Origin: an uncultured Pseudomonadota bacterium
Lineage (GTDB): Bacteria > Myxococcota_A > Polyangia > Fen-1088
DNA length: 64,000 bases
Assembly (NCBI GenBank): GCA_963725905.1
Contig: CAVSAG010000001.1
Span: forward strand, 380,748 to 444,747
Reading direction: 5' to 3'
Shown here: positions 40,635 through 50,686 of the stretch, piece by piece
How the letters are laid out: each line of letters begins with the position of its first letter
Numbering within the stretch: position 1 is the stretch's first letter
Notes under the pieces: generated by a model
What the model saw: the letters and a program-made list of their open reading frames with translations, nothing else
Database searches by the model: none
What the model was told of the DNA's origin: nothing
Made by a program: the position numbers and the translations under genes

Positions 40635-41137
40635 GCGGGCGCCGAGACACCGAAGCTGAGGTCGAGGTCGAGGTCCCGGTCCGCCGGGTCCGTCACGAAG
40701 ACTGGCCCGGCGTCGAGTCGCTCCTGCGCGAGGTCGACGAGCTGCACGCGCAGCTGGCCCCCGCCTACTTCCGCGCCGGTGCGCGCGCGGCGGTCGAGTG
40801 GCGGCAGCTGCTCGGCGACGCGACGGCCGCCGCCTGGGTGGCCGAGGCCGGCGCGGCCGGCGCCCTCGGTTTTCTGGCGGTGCGCATCTACGAGACGCCG
40901 CCCGATCCGACGATGGTGCCGCGGCGCCGCGCCCACCTCGAGACGCTGGTGGTCGCGACGCGCGCCCGCCGCCGGGGAATCGGCCGCCGCCTGGTGACGG
41001 CGGCAACCGACTGGGCACGCGCTCAGGGGGCGGTGGAGATGCTGCTCACCACCTGGGCCGGCAACGTCGCCGCCGACGCCTTTTACGAGCGGCTCGGCTA
41101 CCGCGTGCTTTCCCGCGTGCTCCACTCGCCACTCTAG
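40631..41137 (+). CDS. GNAT-family N-acetyltransferase
   Basis: LVVATRARRRGIGRRL..NVAADAFYERLGY. Confidence 0.9.
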   Translation: MSGRRDTEAEVEVEVPVRRVRHEDWPGVESLLREVDELHAQLAPAYFRAGARAAVEWRQLLGDATAAAWVAEAGAAGALGFLAVRIYETPPDPTMVPRRRAHLETLVVATRARRRGIGRRLVTAATDWARAQGAVEMLLTTWAGNVAADAFYERLGYRVLSRVLHSPL

Positions 41138-41151
41138 ACGTCGCGGTCAGA

Positions 41152-41949
41152 TCAGGCGGTGGCTTGAGGGCGGCGTGCGGCGGCGGCGCGACGGGCCCAG
41201 AGCAGATAGAGCAGCGGCGCGCCCAGCAGCGAGTAGGAGAGGGCGTGGCCGAACTGTCCGTCGGGGCCGAACTTCTCGGTGGCGTCGTGGAACGCCTGCG
41301 TCCCGCGGATGACGCCGCTCTCGGCCAGCTCGTGGATTCCGTAGATCACGAGCTGGAGGAGAAAAAGACCGAGAAAGAGCGCGGTGACCTTGAGGATCAC
41401 GCCCAGGTTCAGCCTGCGTCCGTAGCGTGTCCAGCTCCAGGCGGCCAGGCCCGCGCCGGCGAGACCGAGCAGCGCGCCGGCGACCACCAGGATCGCTTGC
41501 GAGCGCACCTCGGCGGCACGCAGCGCGAGCGCCTGCACGCCGAGATAGAAGATCGCCTCCAGCCCCTCGCGGGTCACCAGCAGCGCGGTCACCAGCGCCA
41601 CCCCGGCGATCGCCCGCGCGGAGGGGGCGGCGCCTTCGCCGGCCAGCCGATCGACGCGCGCCTCGATCTCGGCGCGCATGTGGCGCCCGGTGCGCAGCAT
41701 CTGGACCAGCAGCATCCCCACCACCACGGCGCCCGAGAGCGCGGCGATCCCCTCGTAGAGCGGCTGGTTGGGGACCTGCAGCCAGAGCCAGGCGCCCGCC
41801 GTGCAGCTGACGACCGAGATGGCGAGCCCGATCTTCACCCCGCGCACGAGGCCGGGGCGCTGACTCTTCTTGAGGTAGGCCACCACGACGCCGACGATGA
41901 GGAACGATTCGATCCCCTCGCGAAAGGTGACGAGCAGCGCCTGCAGCAT
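41152..41949 (-). CDS. FTR1/EfeU-family iron permease
   Basis: Two REGxE motifs (FREGIES, TREGLEA); seven hydrophobic segments. Confidence 0.92.
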   Translation of the reverse strand: MLQALLVTFREGIESFLIVGVVVAYLKKSQRPGLVRGVKIGLAISVVSCTAGAWLWLQVPNQPLYEGIAALSGAVVVGMLLVQMLRTGRHMRAEIEARVDRLAGEGAAPSARAIAGVALVTALLVTREGLEAIFYLGVQALALRAAEVRSQAILVVAGALLGLAGAGLAAWSWTRYGRRLNLGVILKVTALFLGLFLLQLVIYGIHELAESGVIRGTQAFHDATEKFGPDGQFGHALSYSLLGAPLLYLLWARRAAAARRPQATA

Positions 41950-41976
41950 GTGCCGCGGGCGACTATAGCACCTGAT

Positions 41977-41995
41977 ATTGCGCTTCATTCTCATT
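41977..41995 (-). promoter_or_regulatory. Possible Fur-like box upstream of FTR1
   Basis: AATGAGAATGAAGCGCAAT on minus strand, just upstream of TATAGT. Confidence 0.45.
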
Positions 41996-42049
41996 TCCGC
42001 CCCGCGGCGGAATCCGGGTGCGTGCTACTGTGGCCGGCCAGGAGATCGC

Positions 42050-42919
42050 ATGCGGCGAACCACCATGATCGCGGCCCTCGGGCTGACGCTGCTCGGGTCG
42101 GTGGCGGCGCGGGCCGACGAGGCCGCGGGGCACTACAACCTGGCGCTTCAGTACAAGCGCGAGGGGAATATCACCTCGGCCATCGACGAGTGCCAGACGG
42201 CGGTCAAGCTGCGTCCAGACTACGCCGCCGCGCACTTCACGCTCGGCAACCTCTACCGCGCCCAGAACGACTATGCCCGCGCGGCCGGCGAGTACGAGAA
42301 GACGGTCAAGCTTCAGCCCAAGGATCCCGACGCCCACGCCAACCTGGGCGCCGCCTACACCAGGCTCAAGCGGACGGACGAGGGGATCCGGGAGCTGGAG
42401 GCGTCGCTCGATCTCAAGCCCGACAACTTCGAGGCGGAGCTTTCGCTGGGGGTCGCCTACAAGCAATCAGGGGACTACAAGCGCGCCATCGGGCACCTCG
42501 AGAAGGCGACCCAGCTCAAGCCCGACGACCCGCAGGGGTGGACCAACCTCGGCGTCGCCAGGTCGAAGACCGACGACAAGGAGGGGGCGGTGACCGCGCT
42601 CAAGAAGGCGATCGCGCTCAAGCCGGACGACTCCGAGCTGCACCGCGACCTGGGGGTCGTCTACCGCCGCCAGCGCAACACCGACGCGGCGATCGCGGAG
42701 TACCAGGTCGCCGTGCAGAAGGACCCCAAGAACGTGAAGGCCTACTACGACCTGGGGCTCATGTACTCGCAGGAGCGCAAGAACTCCGAGGCACGGGCAG
42801 CGTTCGAGAAGTATCTCGAGTACGGCAACCACGAGGACGCCGGCCACCGCAAGGACGCCGAGGATCGGCTCAAGACCTTCAAGGGCACCGCGGACGGCGA
42901 GGCCGCCCACGCCAAGTGA
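42050..42919 (+). CDS. Secreted tetratricopeptide-repeat protein
   Basis: Signal peptide ending ARA; about 7 TPRs (AHxNLG..L.P.). Confidence 0.9.
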   Translation: MRRTTMIAALGLTLLGSVAARADEAAGHYNLALQYKREGNITSAIDECQTAVKLRPDYAAAHFTLGNLYRAQNDYARAAGEYEKTVKLQPKDPDAHANLGAAYTRLKRTDEGIRELEASLDLKPDNFEAELSLGVAYKQSGDYKRAIGHLEKATQLKPDDPQGWTNLGVARSKTDDKEGAVTALKKAIALKPDDSELHRDLGVVYRRQRNTDAAIAEYQVAVQKDPKNVKAYYDLGLMYSQERKNSEARAAFEKYLEYGNHEDAGHRKDAEDRLKTFKGTADGEAAHAK

Positions 42920-42923
42920 GGGC

Positions 42924-43054
42924 GGGAGGGGCAAGCCCCTCCCACCGGCCCACCCCGACGCGACGAGAGCCGGGCCCGGATCCGGCTCGGCAAGTAAGTC
43001 TCCGGCGGGCAGAGCCCGCCTCCGATCAAAGAGATCGGAGATCAGTCGCCGGAG
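42924..43054. terminator. Cluster of hairpins between convergent genes
   Basis: GGGAGGGGC-aa-GCCCCTCCC; GAGCCGG..CCGGCTC; GGCGGGC-aga-GCCCGCC; CTCCGATC-aaaga-GATCGGAG. Confidence 0.55.
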
Positions 43055-43058
43055 GTAG

Positions 43059-45029
43059 CTAGAACTTGACGCCCAGGTTCAGGCGCAGGATCTGCGCGGC
43101 GCTGGCGCTCGCGGCGTCATTCGCCCCCCAGAAGCTCGACGGGCGGTTGAGCGCGTCGAGCGGCCAGAAGACGCCCCAGGTGATGCCGGCGTAGAAGCCC
43201 TCCGACGGTGTTGCGGTAGCCGGCGCTCGCGTCGGTCTCGATGCCGTAGAGGAGCGCGTCGCCCGGCGTCGACACGGGGACCTGGGCCATGCTGAAGATG
43301 GCGCCGCCGTTGAGGCCGATCGCGCGCGTCCGCCCCAGATCGAACCAGTAAGCTGCCTGCGGCTTGAAGTAGGTGGCGTTGGTGACGGTCCCCATGATGT
43401 GGCGGAAGAAGATCTCGTCGACGTGGTAGTCGGGCGAGAAGTGGAAGTCGTTGATGGAGCCGTCGCCCTTCGGCTGCTGGATGAACCGCCAGCGATAGTT
43501 GAGGTACTGCCCTGGATCGTTGGCCTGGTCGCCCGTGGCGCCGCCCACCTCGAACCCGACGAACAGCGCGTCGTGGAAAAGCCGCAGCTCGCTGGCCACC
43601 ACCCAGCCCGCCTGCGCCAGCTTCAGCTCCTGGTCCGTCCGCGGCCAGGGCGCCCGGGTGATCGATGCGACCGAGGATGGCGATCCCCTCGGCCTCGATG
43701 GTCAGCGCCTTGTAGTAGAGCTTGAACCAGACGTCGGGCGTGACGGAGTAGGCGCCGTACGGGAGCAGGGTCGGGAGCTGGTCGGGCATCACCGGCTGCG
43801 GCCCGTACTGGGTCGGCAACAGCGTCATCGTCGGGGGCACGTCGATGCTCCCCTGGTTCCGGTAGACGACCTGCAGGCCGTAGTTGGCGACCACGTCGCC
43901 GCGATCGATCCGCTCGCGCAGCTCGACCTGGCTGTCGATCTTCGCCACCGACGCCATCAGCTGCAGGACGTCGTCGTTCTGCGACAGGTCGTACGGGTAG
44001 CCGCTCGGATCGAGCCGCCCCAGCGACAGCTGTTGCGTCGTGGTCCCCTGCGCGCCAAGGTCCCAGGCGAACTTCAGCTGATGGCCGTAGATGGTGGTCA
44101 TCGCCATCACCCGATCGACCGTCGTTCCAACGTCGCAGTCGGCGCAGCTGCCGTCGTTGTAGAAGATGTCCGCGACCCCAGTTCCAGGGCATCCGGCCGA
44201 AGTAGATCGAGCCGAACTCGGTGTCGATCTCCGCCCAGGCCCGCTTGGCGCGGATGCTGGAGGTGAAGCCATTCTGGCCGATCTCGGGCGGATCCTGGGT
44301 GGTCGACACGAACCCGGAGGGCGCGACGCCCGGCAGCGACGTCGGGGAGACCTGCTGGCCGTTGACCACGGCCGGGGGGACGTTGAATCCCTGGATCCCC
44401 GCCAGCGAGTCGGGAGTCGAGCCCATGATCGTGTTGTCGAGGACGTCGATCTGCGCGTGGACGCGCACCTGATCGGTCACGTTCAGCGTCGGCTCCAGGC
44501 GAAAGCGCAGGTTCGCGCCGCCGACGCTCTTGGTCGGACAGTTCTGAAACGCGTTGGTCGGCCCCACGGTCGTGACGCCAACGTTGGTGGTGAACCCTGC
44601 GTTCGCCGGCGACGGACAGTCGAGCGGCAGCGGAAACGGCGGCAGGCCGTAGTTCGTGGTCCCTTGGACCGTCGAGCCGCTGAGGACGTGGGAGTAGCCG
44701 AGCCCCAGGAAGAAGTCGTGCATGTAGTCGTCACGCAGCCGCAGGTAGCCGCCGAGCTCGAAGATCTGCATCTTCCGCTTGGTCTGCTCGGGGTAGCTCG
44801 TGAGGGGCTCGAGATCGACGGGGCGGTTCTCCTCGGGCGCCGCTTCGGCGGGGCCCTCTTCCTTCTCGGGATTCTGGGAGGGGGGCGGCTGCATGCCGCC
44901 GCCCCCCGGCGCGCCGAAACCGCCGGGGCTCATCTGCGCCGCTGCCGGGCGCGCCAGCAAGAGAAGCGCGCCGGCGAGGGCGGCGCTCGCGATCGCCAGC
45001 CGAAGCGGTCGGGTCTGCAGGCGCCTCAC
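43059..45029 (-). CDS. Myxobacterial outer-membrane beta-barrel protein (TIGR04551-like), frameshifted
   Basis: ANLRFRLEPTLNV..IDVLDN..KRAWAE..GRMPWNWG; FHFSPDYHVDEIFFR; C-terminal LGVKF. Confidence 0.75.
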
Positions 45030-45448
45030 GCGTCCGACCCCGCGCAGAGCTCGAACAGCACGCCGCCCGTCGAGGCCGGGTGCAGGAACGCAACCTGGTG
45101 GCCGCGGGCGCCCGGGCGGGGCGTCTCGTCGATGAGGCGCACCCCGGCCGCTTTGAGCGCCGCCAGCGCCGCCGGCAGATCCTCGACCGCGAAGCAGACG
45201 TGGTGCAATCCGGGCCCGCGCTGCGCCAGGAAGCGATCCAGCGCGGCGTTCCCGCGCGGCGCGCAGATCTCGAGCGCGGTGTCGTGGGCGCCCCCGTCCG
45301 CATGCAGGAAGGCGACGTCCGTCGCCTGCGCCGCGACGTGCTCCCGCGCGCCAGGCGCCAGGCCGAAGAGCGCGCTCAGTGCGGCGGCGGAGGCGTCACG
45401 CTCCGCGACCGCGATGGCGACGTGATCGATGCGCTTGACCTTGATCAT
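45026..45448 (-). CDS. mce: Methylmalonyl-CoA epimerase (VOC family)
   Basis: IDHVAIAV..FLAQRGPGLHHVCFAV..RLIDETPRPGA..VAFLHP..GGVLFEL. Confidence 0.9.
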   Translation of the reverse strand: MIKVKRIDHVAIAVAERDASAAALSALFGLAPGAREHVAAQATDVAFLHADGGAHDTALEICAPRGNAALDRFLAQRGPGLHHVCFAVEDLPAALAALKAAGVRLIDETPRPGARGHQVAFLHPASTGGVLFELCAGSDA

Positions 45449-45609
45449 CTATGGCGAGGGCGAGGCTTCCGTCGGACGGGTGGCGAAAAGGCGTGCACCT
45501 TATATCAGCCCGGCGAAAGATGGAAAGTGGATTGCGGGAGCGGCGTCGTTAAGATCCAGCGGATGCTTACGACCGGCTCGCTGCCTCCCCGGTTGCCTCG
45601 AGGGTCGAT

Positions 45610-46730
45610 GTGACGGGCTCCCGGCTCGGGCGGCTGGCGGGGCAGCTGCTCTCGGTCGGATTCGACGGCACGGCGGCGCCCCCGTCACTGCGGGCCCGCA
45701 TCGCCGCCTCGGAGGTTGGCGGCGTGATGCTGTTTCGGCCCAACATCGCGGATCCGGGGCAGGTGGCGGCGCTGGTGGCGGCGTTGCGGGGTGCGGCCCC
45801 GGCGGAGGCGCCGCTGCTGGTGTCGATCGATCAGGAGGGGGGGGTGGTGCAGCGGGTGCGGGCGCCGGCGACGGTCTGGCCGCCGATGCTGGCCGTGGGG
45901 GCCGCCGGCGACCCCGCGCGCACGACGGCGGTCGGACGGGCGCTCGGCGACGAGCTGGCGGCACTGGGCGTCGGCTGGGACTTCGCGCCCGGTGCTGGAC
46001 GTGCACACCAACCCGGCGAATCCGGTGATCGGCGACCGCGCCTTCGCCACCGACGCCGGCGGCGGTCGCCGCGCACGCGCTGGCATTCTGGCGCGGGTTG
46101 CGGGAGGCCGGCCTCGTCGGCTGCGGCAAACACTTCCCCGGTCACGGCGACACGCGCACCGACTCGCACCACGAGCTGCCGGTCGTGCCGCACGATCTCG
46201 AACGCCTGCGCCGCGTGGAGCTCGCCCCCTTCGCGGCCGCCGCGCGGGCCGGGATGGAGGCGCTCATGACCGCGCACGTGCTCTATCCAGCGCTCGATCC
46301 CGATCGCCCGGCCACGCTCTCGCGCCGGATCGCGACCGAGCTCCTGCGCGGGGAGCTCGGGTTCCGCGGCGTGCTCGTCTCCGACGATCTGGGGATGAAG
46401 GCGGTCGCGGATCGCTATCCGATCGACGAGCTCGCCGTGGGGGCGATCGAGGCCGGGTGCGATCATCTCCTCATCCGCGAGCCGGAGGCGCGGCAGGTGG
46501 CCGCCTTCGAGGCGATCGTCCGGGCCGCCGAGGCGCGCGCCGACTTCCGGGCCCGCGTCGAGGAGAGCGCCGCGCGCGTCGCCGCGCTCAAGGCCGCCTG
46601 CACGGTCGCGCTGCCGGCGCCGGCCGCGATGTTGCCCTCACTGCTCGGCACCCCGGCGCACAGGGCCCTGGCGGGATCGTTCGCTGCCACGCCACCGTCG
46701 GCGGCCGCCGGCTCGCCGGTATCCAGCTAG
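45610..46730 (+). CDS. nagZ: Beta-N-acetylhexosaminidase (GH3), frameshifted near 45990 and 46065
   Basis: SIDQEGGVVQR, FAPVLD, IGDRAF, KHFPGHGDTRTDSH, SDDLGM. Confidence 0.92.
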
Positions 46731-46765
46731 CCCCCGCCCGCGTTTCCATTTAACGTAGTCCACAT

Positions 46766-48232
46766 ATGATTCACTTACGCGGGGTCTTTCGCTGGGCAGG
46801 GTGTGGGGCAATCGTCGTGGCTCTCGGCTGCAGCCATGACTACAGCAGCTTGACGACAGGCGCCGGCGGGTCCGGCAGCCCCGGCCTGGGTGGGAGCGGC
46901 GCCGGCGGACGGCTGGGGTCCGGCAGCGGTGGCGGTCCAGGCGGCGCGGGCGCGGTCGGCGCGGCGGGTGCTGGCGGCGCGGCGGGTGCTGGCGGCGCGG
47001 TCGGTGCTGGCGGCGCGGTCGGTGCTGGCGGCGCGGTCGGTGCTGGCGGCACGATCGGTCCGGGGGGCCAAAACGGAACAGGCGGCGCCGCGGGCGCGCC
47101 GTCGGGAACCGGTGGCGCGGGCGCGGGTGGCCAGACCGGCCGGGGTGGCTCGGGCGGCGGGAGTCAGACGGGGGCGGGCGGCAGCGGCACCTGTCAGGCC
47201 CCGAGCCTCAACTTCGCCTCGCGCCCTCCGTCGGTCCTGCTCTTCACCGACCGTGGCGGCAGCTCATTCGACGCCCCGGCGACCACCGGGAGCCTCCCGA
47301 CGACTGGGAGCTTCTTCAACGTCAGAACCGCCATCGAGAACATCATCACCGGTTTTCAGGCCAAGTATCGGTTCGGCCTCGGCGTCTACGTCGGCGATCA
47401 CAGCTCGGGTTCCTGCCAGCTCGGGTACGCGACGGTGCCGATGGCGCTCAACAACGCGGCGGCGATCGGCGCGGGCTACGACGCACTCGGCCCGCTCGCC
47501 GGCAAGGCCGACACCCCGGCCACGGCGGCGCTCGCGATGGCAAAAGCAGCGCTCCTGGCCGATACGGGCGGCGGGTCGAAATTCCTGCTCTTCATCACCG
47601 CGGGGTCGACCGATTTCTGCGACGACGGCTTTGCGGATTGCCCGACCGACTCGGTGACGTCGCAGCTCCAGGGGATGTACGCGGGCACCCCCAACATCGA
47701 GACGCTGGTCCTCGGCCTCACAACGAAGAGCACCGCGCTCACTCCGGGCGCTCTCGCGACCTTCGCCAACGGGGGCGCGGGGCAGCCCGCGGTCCTCGCG
47801 TCGAGCATCAGCGGGACCCAGACGGATCTCTACGACGAGTGCCACCTCGACAGTCCGCAGTGGGACACGCTGTTCACGGCCTCGGGGAAGACCCCACCGG
47901 CCGCCATCGGGAACTACTCGGCCGTCGCCGGGACGGCGCCTCTCTTCATGGCAGCCACGAACTCCGTGTCTGACATCGAGGGCCAGCTGCAGGCCGCCCT
48001 GGACGCGGCGAAGAGCTGCAGCTTCGACCTGTCGGCGCATTCGATCTATGCGAACAAGGTCTCGGAAGGGACCGTGACGGTTGGTGGGGTCGCCGTTCCG
48101 CAAGACAGCAGCAACGGCTGGAGCATGCCGTCAACGACCGCGCTCGTCTTGAACGGCTCAGCCTGCAGGAGCTACTGGCAGCCGGGCGCCACCATTTCCA
48201 TCAACTTCCCATGTGATGCGATCCTCCCATGA
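46766..48232 (+). CDS. Gly-rich-linker lipoprotein with VWA-like domain (paralog 1)
   Basis: ALGC lipobox; VLLFTDRGGS..DTPA..LLFITAG..C; C-terminal SCSFDL..NGWSM..LNGSAC..FPC. Confidence 0.8.
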   Translation: MIHLRGVFRWAGCGAIVVALGCSHDYSSLTTGAGGSGSPGLGGSGAGGRLGSGSGGGPGGAGAVGAAGAGGAAGAGGAVGAGGAVGAGGAVGAGGTIGPGGQNGTGGAAGAPSGTGGAGAGGQTGRGGSGGGSQTGAGGSGTCQAPSLNFASRPPSVLLFTDRGGSSFDAPATTGSLPTTGSFFNVRTAIENIITGFQAKYRFGLGVYVGDHSSGSCQLGYATVPMALNNAAAIGAGYDALGPLAGKADTPATAALAMAKAALLADTGGGSKFLLFITAGSTDFCDDGFADCPTDSVTSQLQGMYAGTPNIETLVLGLTTKSTALTPGALATFANGGAGQPAVLASSISGTQTDLYDECHLDSPQWDTLFTASGKTPPAAIGNYSAVAGTAPLFMAATNSVSDIEGQLQAALDAAKSCSFDLSAHSIYANKVSEGTVTVGGVAVPQDSSNGWSMPSTTALVLNGSACRSYWQPGATISINFPCDAILP

Positions 48233-48289
48233 GTCAGGAGGGCGCGCGCTGGATTCGCAGCCCGCGAATCGGTTAACGTGCGGACGGCC

Positions 48290-50002
48290 ATGATGCGTCT
48301 CAGTCGATCTTTGCTGTTGTGCGCGATGGGTGCGGTCCTTGTCGGTTGCGGCGGCGGGGGCGGTGGTACGAGCGAAACCGGCGGCTCGGGCGGCTCGCCC
48401 GCGGCTGGCGCGAACGGGGCCGCGGGCAACGGTGCGCGCGGTGGCGCCGGCGGCGGTCAGGTCGGTACAGGCGGCGCTGCCGGCGCGACCTCCGGCATCG
48501 GCGGCCAAGGTGGCGTGGCCGGCTCCGGGATCGCTGGGTCGAACGGCACATCGGGTGGCGCAGGAAATGGCGGTGGCGCGGGTGCTTCGGGCGCCGCCGG
48601 ATCGGGAGCTGCCGGCGCGTCGGGAGCGGCGGGTACGTCGGGTGCGGCCGGTAGCACGGGCGGCGCCGGAACCTCGGGCGCGGCAGGCGCCGCCGGAACT
48701 GCGGGGAGCAGCGGAGGGACTGCAGGCGCGACGGGGAACGCCGGGAGCGGCGGCGGTGCGGCGGGCGTCTCCGGCAGCGGCGGCGCTGCGGGGGGTGGCG
48801 CTGCGGGCACGTCGGGCAGCGCGGGTGCCGGCGGTGGCGCCGGCGCGGGCGCCTCGGGTGCTGGCGGTGGTGGCCAGGCAGGTGCAGGCGGGGCGGCGGG
48901 TGGCGCCGGCAGCGCGGGTCCCGGCGGCACGACGGGGAGCGCCGGCAGCACGGGCTCGGGTGGCAGCGGCTCCTGTCAAGCCCAGCAGGGCCTCTCGTTC
49001 GTCCCGCGGACGCCCACGGTCCTCATCTTCGTCGACCGTGGCGGCACTGAATTCACCACCGCGACGACCGGACCCTTCTTCAACGTCAAGACCGCCGTCG
49101 AGGGCGCAATCGCCAACGTGGAAGCGCAGTATCGCCTGGGGCTGGCCGTCTACGTCGGCGATCATAGCTCCGGCTCCTGCCAGCTGAACTACGACTCGGT
49201 GCCGATCGCGGTGAACAACGCCTTCGCCATCGATGCGGGGTACGAAGCGCTCGGACCGCTCCAGCCATACACGACGGCCAAGGCCGATACGCCCGCGGTC
49301 GATGCGATCCCGCTCGCGCAAACGGCGCTGACGTCCGATCCTGGCAACGGAGGGAAGTACCTCCTCTTCATCACCGGCTCGCTGGTCGATTTCTGTGACG
49401 ACTCGCTGGAGGACTGTTCGGCGGACGCCGTGACGGGGCAGATTCAACAGATGTACGCCGGCACGCCCAGCATCGGGACGCTGGTGGTGGGCCTCCCGGT
49501 GAACGCCTCGGGGGGCGCCCAGGTTCTGGCGAACTTCGCCAACGCGGGCGCCGGACAGCCGGTCTTTGCCCTGGACGGGAGCGCGCTGAACCTTTACAGC
49601 GAGTGCGAGGCGGGGGGGCCGGCGGGATGGCGCACCATGCTCGCCGCAACGGGGAAGACGGGAAAAGTCCCCATCGCGAACTATTCGTCCGCTGTCGGAA
49701 CCGCGTCGGTCTTCATGTCGGCCTCGGGCTCCGCGACCGACATCGAGACCGCGGTGAACGCCGCGCTGGCGGCGGCGAAGAGCTGCACCTTCGATGTAGC
49801 GACCTTCTCGATCGATCCCAGTAAGCTTGGGGAGGGGACCGTGACGCTCGGTGGGCTCAAGGTGCCCCAGGACGGCAGCATCGGCTGGAGCATGCCCACG
49901 CCGACCGAGCTGGTGCTGAACGGCTACGCCTGCTCGATCTGGCGACAGCCCAACGCCGCCATCTCCTTCAGCTTCCCCTGCGACGCGATCCTCACGAACT
50001 GA
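48290..50002 (+). CDS. Gly-rich-linker lipoprotein with VWA-like domain (paralog 2)
   Basis: LVGC lipobox; colinear with paralog 1 (VYVGDHSSGSCQL, AAKSC, GWSMP, FPCDAIL). Confidence 0.8.
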   Translation: MMRLSRSLLLCAMGAVLVGCGGGGGGTSETGGSGGSPAAGANGAAGNGARGGAGGGQVGTGGAAGATSGIGGQGGVAGSGIAGSNGTSGGAGNGGGAGASGAAGSGAAGASGAAGTSGAAGSTGGAGTSGAAGAAGTAGSSGGTAGATGNAGSGGGAAGVSGSGGAAGGGAAGTSGSAGAGGGAGAGASGAGGGGQAGAGGAAGGAGSAGPGGTTGSAGSTGSGGSGSCQAQQGLSFVPRTPTVLIFVDRGGTEFTTATTGPFFNVKTAVEGAIANVEAQYRLGLAVYVGDHSSGSCQLNYDSVPIAVNNAFAIDAGYEALGPLQPYTTAKADTPAVDAIPLAQTALTSDPGNGGKYLLFITGSLVDFCDDSLEDCSADAVTGQIQQMYAGTPSIGTLVVGLPVNASGGAQVLANFANAGAGQPVFALDGSALNLYSECEAGGPAGWRTMLAATGKTGKVPIANYSSAVGTASVFMSASGSATDIETAVNAALAAAKSCTFDVATFSIDPSKLGEGTVTLGGLKVPQDGSIGWSMPTPTELVLNGYACSIWRQPNAAISFSFPCDAILTN

Positions 50003-50026
50003 GCGGGCGAGGGCGCGATAAAGCGC

Positions 50027-50686
50027 CTAGATCCGGACGCCCATGGCCAGCCCCTCGCCGGTCGGCAGGGGCGTGGCGCGGAAGCGCCCGCTGCGCGCGA
50101 GCATCTCGTGCACCGCCTGCATGGCCCGGATCGAGACGGCGCGCTCGCCGGTCGGTTTTTCGGGGAGGTGCCCGAACAGGAAGGCGTTGTCGAGCAGGAC
50201 GATTCCGCCGGGCCGCAGGTTGTCGGCCGCCCAGGCGAGGTAGAGCGGGTAGCCCTCCTTGTCGGCGTCGATGAAGACGAGATCGTACGGGCCGCCCGGG
50301 ACCAGGGTGGGGAGAACCTCCAGCGCCAGGCCGACGTGGACGCGCGCGCGGGCGGCCAGGCCGGCGCGGCGGAAGCTCTCGCGCGCGATCTCGGCGTGGC
50401 GCGGCTCGCTCTCGATCGTGTCGAGCGTGCCGTCGGAGGTGAGGCCGCGCAGGATGGCCACCCCCGAGTAGCCGCCCAGCGTACCGATCTCGACGGCGCG
50501 CCGGGCGCCGTTGGCGCGCGCCAGCACCTCGAGGTGGCGGGCGTCGAGGGCCGCCACCTGGATGTCGGGCAGCCCGGCGGCGACGCTGCGCGCGCGGATC
50601 TCGGCCAGGATCTCGTCCTCGGGGGCGTACATCTTGGAAAGCCACTCGGCGACCCGCGCGTCGTCGCTACCGAAGCTCTTGTTCAT
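50027..50686 (-). CDS. SAM-dependent O-methyltransferase (family 3)
   Basis: VEIGTLGGYS, YDLVFIDADK, LRPGGIVLLDN. Confidence 0.93.
   Translation of the reverse strand: MNKSFGSDDARVAEWLSKMYAPEDEILAEIRARSVAAGLPDIQVAALDARHLEVLARANGARRAVEIGTLGGYSGVAILRGLTSDGTLDTIESEPRHAEIARESFRRAGLAARARVHVGLALEVLPTLVPGGPYDLVFIDADKEGYPLYLAWAADNLRPGGIVLLDNAFLFGHLPEKPTGERAVSIRAMQAVHEMLARSGRFRATPLPTGEGLAMGVRI

Noticed and set aside
46750-46759. TTAACGTAGT matching half of the XRE operator, suggesting the orphan antitoxin regulates the VWA gene
   Set aside because: Only a half site, and TAACGT is equally explained as a -10 box
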